53,879 bases of DNA from an uncultured Bdellovibrionales bacterium (GTDB lineage: Bacteria > Patescibacteriota > Minisyncoccia > Moranbacterales > DUUL01): assembly GCA_964643985.1 (NCBI GenBank), contig CAZXUS010000003.1, forward strand, positions 1 to 53,879. Direction: 5' to 3'. The notes under the pieces were generated by a model that saw only the letters and a program-made list of their open reading frames with translations, ran no database searches and had not been told where the DNA came from. The translations under genes were made by a program, and so were the position numbers. Shown piece after piece: positions 16,776 to 26,104 of this stretch (positions are counted from its first letter, which is position 1; every line of letters starts with the position of its first letter).

Positions 16776-19418
16776 ATGACAACCCTAGCTAAAGCCTACG
16801 AATCCAAAAAACACGAAAAAAAAATTTATGAATATTGGGAAAAATCAGGAAAGTTCAATCCGGATAATTTAGATTTGCCCGAAACTGCCAAACCCTACAC
16901 TATCATTCTTCCTCCTCCTAACATCACCGACAAACTTCATCTGGGACACTCTTCAATGCTAGCTATCGAAGATTTGCTAATTCGCTATCACCGAATGAAC
17001 GGTTTCAAAACTTTATGGCTTCCGGGAACTGATCACGCTGCCATTGCTACTCAAAATGTAGTTGAGAAAAAATTACTCAAAGAAAAAAATCAAACTCGTC
17101 ATGATTTAGGTCGAGAAAAGTTTATGGAAGAGGCTTGGGATTTTATGGAAACCACTCAAGCTACAATTCTTAATCAAACTCGCCGAATGGGAGCTAGTCT
17201 GGATTGGTCTCGTTTAGCCTTCACTTTTGATGAACAACGCCAAAAAGCCGTCGAAAAAATGTTTATTGATATGTATAAAGCCGGTGCGATTTATCGAGGC
17301 GAACGAATGGTAAACTGGTGTCCAAGGTGCCAATCCACCTTAGCCGATGACGAAGTTGAACACAAAGAAGAAAAAGCCAAACTTTACTGGTTGAAATATG
17401 GACCTTTTATCTTAGCTACATCCCGGCCAGAAACCAAATTGGGCGACACCGCTGTGGCTGTCCATCCCGATGATAAAAGATATCAAACGATGATTGGCAA
17501 AGATTATGAAATCAAAGGAGTTTTAGGAAAATTTACTATTAAAGTTGTCGCCGATAAAGTCGTTGATCCTTCCTTTGGTTCTGGCGCCATCAAAGTGACA
17601 CCGGCTCACAGCTTTGTTGATAGTGAAATTGCCCTTCGTCACGATTTACCTTCTAAGAAAATCATTAATGAAGCCGGTAAGATGATGAGTAACTGTGGAA
17701 AATACGCCGGAATGACCGTTCTAGAAGCCAGAGAAGCCATCGTAGCAGATATGCAAGAATTGGGATTAATTGATCATATCGACGAAAATTATCAACACAG
17801 CACTGCGATCTGTTATCGTTGCAATACTATCATTGAACCGCTCCCTTCCAAGCAATGGTTTATTTCTGTTGATAAAAAGCTAGACCGTCTCGACGGAAAA
17901 TCACTCAAAGAAAAAGCGCTGAAAGTTTCTCAAGAAAAACAAATTGAATTTATTCCAAAAAGATTTACCAAACGCTATGAAGACTGGATAGAGAATCTTC
18001 ATGATTGGTGTATCTCCCGTCAAATCTGGCTGGGACATCGAATTCCCGCTTGGCACAAAGATGGCGAAATAAAAGTTCAAACTGAAACTCCCGGTACAGA
18101 TTGGATTCAAGACCCTGATACTTTGGATACCTGGTTCTCTTCTGGAATGTGGACCTTTTCCACTCTCGGCTGGCCCAATAATTTTGAAAATGAAAATAAA
18201 TCTGGAGATTTAGCTGATTTTCATCCCACTCAAGTTTTAAACACTGGCTATGAAATTTTAACTCTTTGGGTTTCCCGAATGATTATGATGTCCCTATTTG
18301 CCGTTCAAGAAATTCCTTTTGAAAAAGTTCATTTACACGGAATGATTTTGGACCAAAATGGCAAAAAAATGAGCAAATCCAAAGGCAACGGAATCGACCC
18401 AATTGATATGATTGATAAATACGGCACTGACGCCGTTCGACTTTCCCTCCTAATTGGAAGCACTGCCGGCAATGATATGAAAATATCCGAAAGAAAAATC
18501 GAAGGTTATCGAAATTTTGTTAATAAAATTTGGAATATTGCTCGATTTGTTTTGAATCGACTAGAAACCGAGAAATTAAATTTTGACAAAAAAATAGCTG
18601 ATTTAAATTCAACCGACTTGACGCTGGCTGATAAATGGATTCTATCAAAAATGCACCGACTTAACTTTGAAATCAGAATTGACATTGAAAATCACGACTT
18701 CTCCACCGCCGGAGAAAAACTTCGGAAATTCACGCGAGAAGACTTTGCGGATTGGTATCTAGAAATTTGTAAGATTGAAAATAATCCTGCTAAACAAATT
18801 ATTTTGACTGAAATTCTGAAAGATTTATTAAAACTTTGGCATCCGTTAATTCCTTTTGTCACTGAAACTATTTGGCAAAAAATAGCCAGCTCAATGTTGA
18901 TGACTGAAACTTTCCCTGAAAAAAATAAATACGAAAAATATTCAGAAAAAGTTGAAGATTTTGACTTGATTAAAAAAATTATAACCATCATTCGAAATGC
19001 TCGAGCTCAATATCGATTAAATCCTCAAGATGAAATAGAAATCATAATCCAAGCCAAAAAGCATTCTGAAAAATTACAAAAAGACCAGATTTTATTAGAA
19101 AAACTAGGCACTTCAGCTAAAAAAATTGAAATAACCGAAACTGGTGAAAAAATTGCTAATGCTTTTTTTGGTCAGGTAAAAAATATTAAAATCTACATCC
19201 CCCTAGAAGGGATTGTCGACTTAAAAAAAGAAACAGAACGATTAAACAACGAAATTGAAAGATTAAAAAATATTTCAAATTCTTTAGAGAAAAAATTAGC
19301 TAATACAAAATTTGTTGATAACGCCCCTAAAGAAATTGTAGAAAAAGAACAAACCAAAAAAGAACAACTAAAAATAAAAATAAAAAATCTTGAAGAACAA
19401 CTCCGAGCAATTAGCTAA
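16776..19418 (+). CDS. valS: Valyl-tRNA synthetase
   Basis: Class I motifs PPPNITDKLHLGH and KMSKS, a CP1 editing region and a C-terminal coiled coil. 880 aa. Confidence 0.95.
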   Translation: MTTLAKAYESKKHEKKIYEYWEKSGKFNPDNLDLPETAKPYTIILPPPNITDKLHLGHSSMLAIEDLLIRYHRMNGFKTLWLPGTDHAAIATQNVVEKKLLKEKNQTRHDLGREKFMEEAWDFMETTQATILNQTRRMGASLDWSRLAFTFDEQRQKAVEKMFIDMYKAGAIYRGERMVNWCPRCQSTLADDEVEHKEEKAKLYWLKYGPFILATSRPETKLGDTAVAVHPDDKRYQTMIGKDYEIKGVLGKFTIKVVADKVVDPSFGSGAIKVTPAHSFVDSEIALRHDLPSKKIINEAGKMMSNCGKYAGMTVLEAREAIVADMQELGLIDHIDENYQHSTAICYRCNTIIEPLPSKQWFISVDKKLDRLDGKSLKEKALKVSQEKQIEFIPKRFTKRYEDWIENLHDWCISRQIWLGHRIPAWHKDGEIKVQTETPGTDWIQDPDTLDTWFSSGMWTFSTLGWPNNFENENKSGDLADFHPTQVLNTGYEILTLWVSRMIMMSLFAVQEIPFEKVHLHGMILDQNGKKMSKSKGNGIDPIDMIDKYGTDAVRLSLLIGSTAGNDMKISERKIEGYRNFVNKIWNIARFVLNRLETEKLNFDKKIADLNSTDLTLADKWILSKMHRLNFEIRIDIENHDFSTAGEKLRKFTREDFADWYLEICKIENNPAKQIILTEILKDLLKLWHPLIPFVTETIWQKIASSMLMTETFPEKNKYEKYSEKVEDFDLIKKIITIIRNARAQYRLNPQDEIEIIIQAKKHSEKLQKDQILLEKLGTSAKKIEITETGEKIANAFFGQVKNIKIYIPLEGIVDLKKETERLNNEIERLKNISNSLEKKLANTKFVDNAPKEIVEKEQTKKEQLKIKIKNLEEQLRAIS

Positions 19419-19905
19419 AAAAAATTCTCTGCCAATTTCAAAAATATTGATTTTTTTAATCAGTGGTTTTTTGGCAGGTTTTTTATCGCTAGGACTTTCA
19501 GTTCTAACAATTTCAATTTTTAACAATTTTTATTTTTTAACCAATACTATTTTAATCTCCAGCATAATATTGATTTCGGAAGAAGAATTAATTAAATTTA
19601 TTTTATTAAAATTCTTATTTCCTATTTTTTCAAAATCGAATTTAATTAACATTATTAACGGTTTTTTATTTGGATTGGGTTTCGGACTTTTTGAATTAAT
19701 TTTGATTAAATTAAATAATTTCTCTAATATTTTTAATTTATTACCAATTTTATTAATTCATTCTGCTACTTCAATAATAATTGTTTTAGCTATTTTAAGG
19801 CTTAAAAAAGACAAAAAATGTTTTTATTTATATTTTCTATTGGCAATTTTATTACATTTAATTTATAATCTAAGTATAATTTATTATCAACATTTACATT
19901 TTTGA
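19390..19905 (+). CDS. Membrane protein, possibly a PrsW/CAAX-like intramembrane protease
   Basis: 171 aa, all hydrophobic. SEEELIKF (EExxK-like) and HLIYN (HxxxN-like) motifs. TTG start overlaps the valS end, so the true start is uncertain. Confidence 0.35.
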   Translation: MKNNSEQLAKKNSLPISKILIFLISGFLAGFLSLGLSVLTISIFNNFYFLTNTILISSIILISEEELIKFILLKFLFPIFSKSNLINIINGFLFGLGFGLFELILIKLNNFSNIFNLLPILLIHSATSIIIVLAILRLKKDKKCFYLYFLLAILLHLIYNLSIIYYQHLHF

Positions 19906-19977
19906 AAATAGTTGTTAAAATTAAAATAAATATTTAGAGAGAGCCCCTCTCTAGAGAAACTAAGTAATCAAAAAATT

Positions 19978-20643
19978 ATGACAAAACAAAAAAAATCTTT
20001 CTTTGAAAAATTAACTGGAATTCAAAAAATTGATGACGAGAGTGAAATTGAAATAAATGATTCTTCTCTTCCCAAAAAAGAGCTAATAGAAGAAGATGCT
20101 TATGAATTTCCAGCCAAAAAAGAAATAGAGAAAGAAGTAAAAGAAGATAATGATTTTTTCTCAGAAAAAGAAGATGAACCAGAAGAAAGCGAAGAAAACA
20201 AAAAAGATAATGATGTCACCCCAAATTTTTCCGAAGAGCCTACTAAGCCTTTAAAAATAAAAGAAGAGAAAGAAGAACCCGATTCAAAAGAAGAAGAAAT
20301 TGAACCTGACTCTGAAGGACAACTAACAATCGACGTTTATCAAACCGATAGAGATATCGTCATAAAATCAACCATCGCCGGAGTTAAACCAGAAAATTTA
20401 GACGTAGACATCAACAGTGAAATGGTGACAGTCAAAGGAAAAAGAACTCAAGACGACGAAGTTGACTCTGAAAGCTATTATTATCAAGAATGTTATTGGG
20501 GACCTTTTTCTCGATCCATAATTCTTCCAGTTGAAATCGTCACTGAAAAAGCCGAGGCTACTATGAAAAATGGAATCTTGACTATTAAACTACCAAAAAT
20601 GGAAGTAGCCAGAACCAGAAAATTACAAGTTCGAGGCTTCTAA
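19978..20643 (+). CDS. Hsp20/alpha-crystallin family small heat-shock protein with an acidic N-terminal extension
   Basis: C-terminal alpha-crystallin domain (..LTIDVYQTDRDIVIKSTIAGVKPENLDVDI..NGILTIKLPK). Confidence 0.85.
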   Translation: MTKQKKSFFEKLTGIQKIDDESEIEINDSSLPKKELIEEDAYEFPAKKEIEKEVKEDNDFFSEKEDEPEESEENKKDNDVTPNFSEEPTKPLKIKEEKEEPDSKEEEIEPDSEGQLTIDVYQTDRDIVIKSTIAGVKPENLDVDINSEMVTVKGKRTQDDEVDSESYYYQECYWGPFSRSIILPVEIVTEKAEATMKNGILTIKLPKMEVARTRKLQVRGF

Positions 20644-20711
20644 ATTGACCTTTACCTTTTTTTATAAGATAATTAAGACCAGTCCGTGCTGGTTTTAATT
20701 TTTAAAATAAA

Positions 20712-22067
20712 ATGAAATTAATTAATTATCCCAAAATCCTTTTTTTATTTTTAGTCCTATTTATCTGCCTAGGTAGTTTTAAAGATGCCAAGGCTTTTGA
20801 AGAAAAAAACAAACTAGGCTTTTTTGACAATAAACCTTTACAAGAAATTCTCGAAAAACCTTTTTATTTATTTGGAGACAATCAAGACGATGCCATCCCT
20901 TTTTATCTTAAAGATTTTATTGAATGGGATTATCAAATCACCTATGACTCCAATTATCATTCGGAAATTGAAAATCCTTTTATCAATCAAGAAGAAGATT
21001 TTTCAAAAAACTATTACTTAGAATTAAGTCAACTTTACAAAGAAAAACTTCATTACAAAAAAACTTCTACAATTTTTCTGAAAGAAAATGAGACTAAAGA
21101 ATTCCTCGACTCCATTGCCAAGAACATCAATCAAGCTCCAATTGACGGAAAATTTAAAATAGATGAGAATAATCAATTATCAGTTTTAGAAAAAAGCCAA
21201 AAAGGAGCTATCTTAATGGTAGATACTAGTTATGAAAAAATAAAAAAAAGTTTATTAGAAAATCCCCAAGCCTTGTATATTTCCTTGGCTATTAAAGAAG
21301 AATCACCTGAAATTTCCACTAAAAATCCTGATAAATATCAGATAAAAGAATTGATTGGAACCGGAAAATCTGACTTTACTGGTTCTACTCAAACTAGAAT
21401 TTACAATATTGAAACAGCTGCCAAAAGATTTAATGGCTTGGTCATCAAACCGAATGAAGAATTCTCTTTCACTACAATTCTTGGGGAAGTAGATGAAACA
21501 ACTGGCTACAAAGAAGAACTAGTCATCAAAAAGAATCAAACCGTTCCAGAATTTGGCGGAGGAATTTGTCAACTATCCACCACAATGTTTCGAGCTGCTT
21601 TGAATACTGGACTTAAAGTAACCGAAAGGCACAATCATTCCTATCCCGTTCATTACTACAACCCACCTGGAACCGACGCCACTGTTTATGTTCCTAAGCC
21701 AGATTTAAAAATTAAAAATACCACTGACGATTACTTACTAATTCAAACCAGAATAGACAAAACCACTCGAAAATTCTACATCGATTTCTATTCTAGAGAA
21801 GATCTTTTCAACGTTGAACTAATTGGACCTGAAGTCGTCGAAAGAACCTCTGAAGGTAAATTAAGGACTACTCTGAAGCAAATAGTTAAGAACAAAGACG
21901 ATCAAGAAGTTTTTCAAGATATTTTTAAAAGTTTTTACGACAATCCCGCCAACTACCCCAGCCCTAATCAAATCATTACAGAAAAACCCAAGGATTGGTC
22001 CGGCCGACAATGGGATGAGTATTATGCAAAATTTGGAGGGATGATTGAAGAATTAAGGAAGGATTAA
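20712..22067 (+). CDS. VanW family protein with an N-terminal signal/anchor
   Basis: ..GGGICQLSTTMFRAALNTGLKVTERHNHSYPVHYY.. is the VanW core. Confidence 0.8.
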   Translation: MKLINYPKILFLFLVLFICLGSFKDAKAFEEKNKLGFFDNKPLQEILEKPFYLFGDNQDDAIPFYLKDFIEWDYQITYDSNYHSEIENPFINQEEDFSKNYYLELSQLYKEKLHYKKTSTIFLKENETKEFLDSIAKNINQAPIDGKFKIDENNQLSVLEKSQKGAILMVDTSYEKIKKSLLENPQALYISLAIKEESPEISTKNPDKYQIKELIGTGKSDFTGSTQTRIYNIETAAKRFNGLVIKPNEEFSFTTILGEVDETTGYKEELVIKKNQTVPEFGGGICQLSTTMFRAALNTGLKVTERHNHSYPVHYYNPPGTDATVYVPKPDLKIKNTTDDYLLIQTRIDKTTRKFYIDFYSREDLFNVELIGPEVVERTSEGKLRTTLKQIVKNKDDQEVFQDIFKSFYDNPANYPSPNQIITEKPKDWSGRQWDEYYAKFGGMIEELRKD

Positions 22068-22390
22068 AAAATTTCAAAATCTTCACCTCTGCGAACCTTT
22101 GGCGAGACAGACAAATTGTTTCAAATATCAAATCAAATTCTAATGTTAAATTCAAAATAGTAGTCTCTATAAAGGCTACTATAGTGTACACTATGATGTA
22201 CACTTTATAGATGTTAAATTTTAATTTAAAAAATGCATCATATATAAAAATTTTATTATCAATTTTTGTCTTTCGAGAAAAGTTAATTTATTCTCCATCG
22301 ACATACTGATTATGATTAAGGATTATTTTATTATATTAGTGGTGCTTTTAGTTTAGAATCTTTAATTTAAAAGCTAAGATTGTAAAAAAG

Positions 22391-23131
22391 ATGATTCTTT
22401 TATATAATATCTACATGAACATAATCTATTCTAAAAAATCAATTCTTCAGGATATTTTAAGAATTTGCTCAGTCATTTTGCATATTGCCGTTTATGTCAG
22501 CAGTTTTGCTTTTCTAAGTTTAACTTTATTTATATTTGCGAAATTTGTTAAATTTAATATAGAGTTTTTCCATATTATTGCTTTTTTATTATTATCTTTT
22601 ATTCTTTTTACAAAAATAAAAAATGAGAGAATTAAAAAATTTGGTTATTATTTAGGAAAGATTTTGACCATTTTTGTTAGTGTTTTTATCTTGTTTCTTT
22701 TTTTGAATTCATATTTAAAAATTTTCGATAATATAGATCAATTTTTTACAGTTTTTTTAAGAACTTTTGAAATCTTTGTTAATAGATTTGCTCTCGGAAT
22801 ATTATTCGCCATTGGGTCGATTTTACTATATATTTATTTCGCCTCTCTTTTGTTAAAATTTGTTTTAAACATAACGCAAAAAGTGACAAAGTTTGTAAAA
22901 ATAATTTTTGGTTTGATAGCTACATTTATTATACTTATTCCATTTTTATATTTTTTGAACAAATTTTCCATTGTAGTTTTAAATGATTTATTTTATTCTA
23001 ATTTTAGTTGGTTTTTTGGATTTTCGTTAATTTCTCTTCATTTAAATTACTTACTTAAGGAAATCAAAATAATAATAAATTCTAATACTACCCATGCCTC
23101 AAGTGCGGCGGTCGACACACTGAGCAACTAA
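22391..23131 (+). CDS. Hypothetical polytopic membrane protein
   Basis: 246 aa, very hydrophobic, no known motif. Confidence 0.35.
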   Translation: MILLYNIYMNIIYSKKSILQDILRICSVILHIAVYVSSFAFLSLTLFIFAKFVKFNIEFFHIIAFLLLSFILFTKIKNERIKKFGYYLGKILTIFVSVFILFLFLNSYLKIFDNIDQFFTVFLRTFEIFVNRFALGILFAIGSILLYIYFASLLLKFVLNITQKVTKFVKIIFGLIATFIILIPFLYFLNKFSIVVLNDLFYSNFSWFFGFSLISLHLNYLLKEIKIIINSNTTHASSAAVDTLSN

Positions 23132-23172
23132 GATAATGTTAAAATTTTTAAAAAATTAAAGTATTAATAAAT

Positions 23173-23511
23173 ATGGTCCAAATCTTATTAATAGGAATAG
23201 GTATATTAATTATAATAAAAGGAAACTTAAAAGTTTCAGATACCAAAGAAATAGTTAGACCACAATCAATTTATTGGGGATTAATTGTAATTATATACGG
23301 CATTGCCGTTTCTTTTTTACCAGATCAACTGATCTATAGTTTAATATTTTATTCTTCTTTTATATTAATATTGACTATTTTCCTGATTAAAGGAAGAACG
23401 ATTGCATCTAGCGAGGCCATCGCAAAATCTAAAGACACAAAAAGAAACTTAATTATACTATTGGTCTTTATTGCAATAGTGGTTACTGTTTTTTATTTCT
23501 TTCTGAAATAA
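23173..23511 (+). CDS. Hypothetical small membrane protein
   Basis: 112 aa with four hydrophobic segments. Confidence 0.35.
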   Translation: MVQILLIGIGILIIIKGNLKVSDTKEIVRPQSIYWGLIVIIYGIAVSFLPDQLIYSLIFYSSFILILTIFLIKGRTIASSEAIAKSKDTKRNLIILLVFIAIVVTVFYFFLK

Positions 23512-23535
23512 AAAACCACCCCGGAGGGTGGTTTT
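23511..23535. terminator. Bidirectional intrinsic terminator (A-run, CCACCC-CGGA-GGGTGG, T-run)
   Basis: Begins within the stop codon (23509-23511) of the 23173..23511 ORF. Confidence 0.8.
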
Positions 23536-23545
23536 GGATTGATAA

Positions 23546-23695
23546 GGGGAATCGTGCGCAAGTCACTAAACTTGTGCGTCGCCTTCGGCTTGCACTCGTT
23601 AAGTGCTTCCTGCCCGGACTCGGCCCACTCTCTATAATTCCTCGCTAGCTCGGAATATGGGGCCTCCGTCTGTCCGATTCCCTCTAGTCGCTCCA
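23546..23695 (+). ncRNA. Candidate G+C-rich structured RNA of unknown class (about 150 nt) ending in a copy of the tRNA-His 3' end
   Basis: Bounded by two terminator hairpins. Closing helix is 23546-54/23675-83. Internal hairpins lie at 23556-77, 23581-89, 23592-606, 23608-18 and 23622-64. G-U pairs are only valid on the + strand. Confidence 0.45.
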
Positions 23696-23702
23696 AAACA
23701 AT

Positions 23703-23730
23703 AAAACCACCCCGAGGGGTGGTTTTGTTT
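23703..23730. terminator. Bidirectional intrinsic terminator between the candidate RNA (+) and tRNA-His (-)
   Basis: AAAACCACCCCGAGGGGTGGTTTTGTTTT. Confidence 0.8.
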
Positions 23731-23732
23731 TG

Positions 23733-23804
23733 GGCGACTAGAGGGAATCGGACCCTCATAGCTGGTACCACAAACCAGTGTTCTACCACTGAACTATAGT
23801 CGCC
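23733..23804 (-). tRNA. tRNA-His (anticodon GTG) with genome-encoded G-1
   Basis: Reverse complement is G-GCGACTA-TA-GTTC-AGTGGTA-GAAC-A-CTGGT-TTGTGGT-ACCAG-CTATG-AGGGT-CCGATTC-CCTCT?-TAGTCGC-C. The cloverleaf folds with a G-1:C73 pair, GUG in the anticodon loop and T-loop UCCGAUU. CCA is not fully encoded. Confidence 0.9.
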
Positions 23805-24043
23805 ATGTAGTTAAGTATTTAGTATTTAATATTTGGTATTTAGTATGGAGTATTACTAAATTTTAACTTTCACTACTTTCGTAATACTTGATACAAAATA
23901 CTTTATACAAAATACCAAGTTATTCTAACATCTATTTGGAATAATTTCAAGAGGTATGTTATACTAAAATTAAATAAAAAATTAACTTGGTTTATTAACA
24001 AATATCTTTTTGCAAAATTTATTCGATAATAACCTTCAAAAAA

Positions 24044-24232
24044 ATGAACATAAAAATTAATGATGATGCTTGTATTGGATGCGGAAGATGCACTGAAATT
24101 TGTCCCAAAACTTTTAGATTAAACAATGACACAATGAAAGCAGAAGTTGTTTCTGATGATAATTCAGAATGCGTTTACAAAGCTGCTGATCAATGCCCTA
24201 CTGATGCTATTTTAGTTGATAATGAAAAATAA
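24044..24232 (+). CDS. Small [4Fe-4S] ferredoxin
   Basis: 62 aa. CIGCGRCTEICP plus a distal C..CP. Confidence 0.8.
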   Translation: MNIKINDDACIGCGRCTEICPKTFRLNNDTMKAEVVSDDNSECVYKAADQCPTDAILVDNEK

Positions 24233-24261
24233 TTTTAAATTTCTTCTCAAAAAACTAGGCT

Positions 24262-25881
24262 TTAATCCTGGTTTTTTTCTTCTTTAAAAAGTTCACCTTT
24301 AAACAAAGGAACTAGACTTTCCCCTGTCATTTTATCAGTTTTCTCAATTTCCAATAAATCCAAAATGGTTGGCGCAATGTCAGACAAAAAACCTCCTATT
24401 TCAAATTTTTCATTTTCTATTGAAAAACCTTCTTTTTGATGATTACTAGAATCAATCAACCAACAAGGAACTGGATTATTAGAATGTTCCGTGTCTTTAT
24501 CGCCCGTTGATAAATTTATCATTTCTTCAACATTGCCATGATCAGCCGTGACGATTAAAGTTCCATTCAACATCAAAGTTTTTTCGATTATTTGATTAAG
24601 GCACTTATCCGTAAACTCCACTGCCTTGACACCTGCATCAAAATCACCCGTATGCCCCACCATATCTGGATTGGCATAATTAACTAAAACAAAATCAGGA
24701 CAATTCTTTCCCCCCAATTTTTCAACTATTTTATCCGTCACTTCTTGAGCACTCATTTCAGGTAAATCAGCATAAGAAGAAATTTTCTTAGATAAAACAT
24801 GAACTTTTTCTTGATTCTTGTAATCAACCATTATGCCTCCATCAAAAAAATAGGTCACATGAGCAAATTTTTCAGTTTCCGCTATTCGTAATTGTTTTAA
24901 GCCGGCTTTTTCTATTGCTTCACCAACCCTAGAAGTAATTTTCTGAGACAAGAAAACAACATCCACTGACAAACCAGCTTCATATTCAACAAAACAAACC
25001 ACTTTTACCCCTTCAATCGGTTTAATATCTTTAAATTTATCAAAACCTGGTAAAGCAAAAGCTTTTATAATTTGCTTAGCTCGATCTTTTCTAAAATTAA
25101 AACAAATAAAAACGTCATTTTTTTCTATCTTTGCGATTGGTTCTCCATTTTCTTCAATTACTACCGGTTCTAAAAATTCGTCCGAAACGTCCTTTTTGTA
25201 TTGATCATCCACGGCTTTCAATAAATCAGTATTTTTTAAACCCACCCCGTAGACCATCGCGTCATAAGCCTTTTCAATTCGATCCCAATTTTGACTTCTA
25301 TCCATTGAATAATAACGACCGCCAATCGTAGCTACTTTTCCGACTCCAATTTGTTTAATTTTTTCTAATAAATCCCTTAAAAAAATCTGAGCACTTCGTG
25401 GCGCAGTATCCCGACCATCCGTCGCAGCATGAATAAAAACATCTTCAAATTCATGCTTTTTCATCACTTCCAACAAAGCAAATAAATGCTCAATGTGAGA
25501 ATGCACCCCACCGTCACTGACAAGCCCAAATAAATGAATTTTAGATTTATTTTTTTTTGCAAATTCAATATTTTTTACCAAAACCTCATTTTCAAAAAAA
25601 CTTTCATCTTGAATAGCCGTGTTAATAACAGGCAATTTTTGATAAATAATTTGCCCAGTTCCCATTGCTTGATGACCAACTTCAGAATTTCCCACTACGC
25701 CCCAAGGCAAACCCACTGCAATTCCAGAGGCTTGAAGATAGGTTTTAGGATAATATTTATCAAGTTTATCAATAGTTGGTAAATTTGCTTTTAAAATCGG
25801 ATTTCCCCGAGTTTCTCCGGTTTCACCCCAACCATCTAAAATACAAAGCACTACTGGCCCTTTTTTATTTTTTATCATCAT
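24262..25881 (-). CDS. gpmI: 2,3-bisphosphoglycerate-independent phosphoglycerate mutase
   Basis: 539 aa. ..VVLCILDGWG.., ..GNSEVGH.., ..TADHGN.. are iPGM motifs. Confidence 0.9.
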   Translation of the reverse strand: MMIKNKKGPVVLCILDGWGETGETRGNPILKANLPTIDKLDKYYPKTYLQASGIAVGLPWGVVGNSEVGHQAMGTGQIIYQKLPVINTAIQDESFFENEVLVKNIEFAKKNKSKIHLFGLVSDGGVHSHIEHLFALLEVMKKHEFEDVFIHAATDGRDTAPRSAQIFLRDLLEKIKQIGVGKVATIGGRYYSMDRSQNWDRIEKAYDAMVYGVGLKNTDLLKAVDDQYKKDVSDEFLEPVVIEENGEPIAKIEKNDVFICFNFRKDRAKQIIKAFALPGFDKFKDIKPIEGVKVVCFVEYEAGLSVDVVFLSQKITSRVGEAIEKAGLKQLRIAETEKFAHVTYFFDGGIMVDYKNQEKVHVLSKKISSYADLPEMSAQEVTDKIVEKLGGKNCPDFVLVNYANPDMVGHTGDFDAGVKAVEFTDKCLNQIIEKTLMLNGTLIVTADHGNVEEMINLSTGDKDTEHSNNPVPCWLIDSSNHQKEGFSIENEKFEIGGFLSDIAPTILDLLEIEKTDKMTGESLVPLFKGELFKEEKNQD

Positions 25882-26054
25882 TTTATATTTAATTGCAACA
25901 GATTCAAGAATCTATTTAAAATCTCACCGTAATTTTAAAAGTTGTCTCTTGTTTACTAAAAAAATTCTACCACATCAAACTTTCTTTTACAATAAAATTG
26001 AATAATGATATTATTGAGAAAAGATTAACAAACTTCATAATCCGTTTCGCTAAG

Positions 26055-26098
26055 GTCCGTCTCGCGTCGCTTGCCGAGGCGGACTTGCCGAGACAGGC
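26055..26098. repeat. Family B2 palindromic element (reverse orientation relative to 4663-4691)
   Basis: The reverse complement GTCCGCCTCGGCAAGCGACGCGAGACGGAC resembles GTCCGCCTCGGCAAGCCTCAGCGAGACGGGC at 4662-4692. Confidence 0.7.
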
Positions 26099-26104
26099 AA
26101 AATT

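Noticed and set aside
23600-23625. SRP (4.5S) RNA-like motif on the minus strand: GAGUCCGGGCAGGAAGCAC versus the E. coli domain IV sequence GGUCCGGAAGGAAGCAGC.
   Set aside because: The loop would be 5 nt. The nucleotides after AGCA cannot pair with the 5' strand as helix 8 requires. The segment folds into several short hairpins rather than one long one. G-U versus A-C pairs favour the + strand.
23672-23753. Integrative-element attachment site at tRNA-His, suggested by the duplicated tRNA 3' end.
   Set aside because: The duplicate is inverted rather than direct and lies only 42 bp from the tRNA. No integrase or island-like gene content flanks it. It is retained only as one hypothesis within the RNA-candidate finding.
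23493-23789. 98-aa ORF on the minus strand.
   Set aside because: It runs across two terminator hairpins, the G+C-rich RNA candidate and part of tRNA-His. It is an artefact of locally high G+C content.
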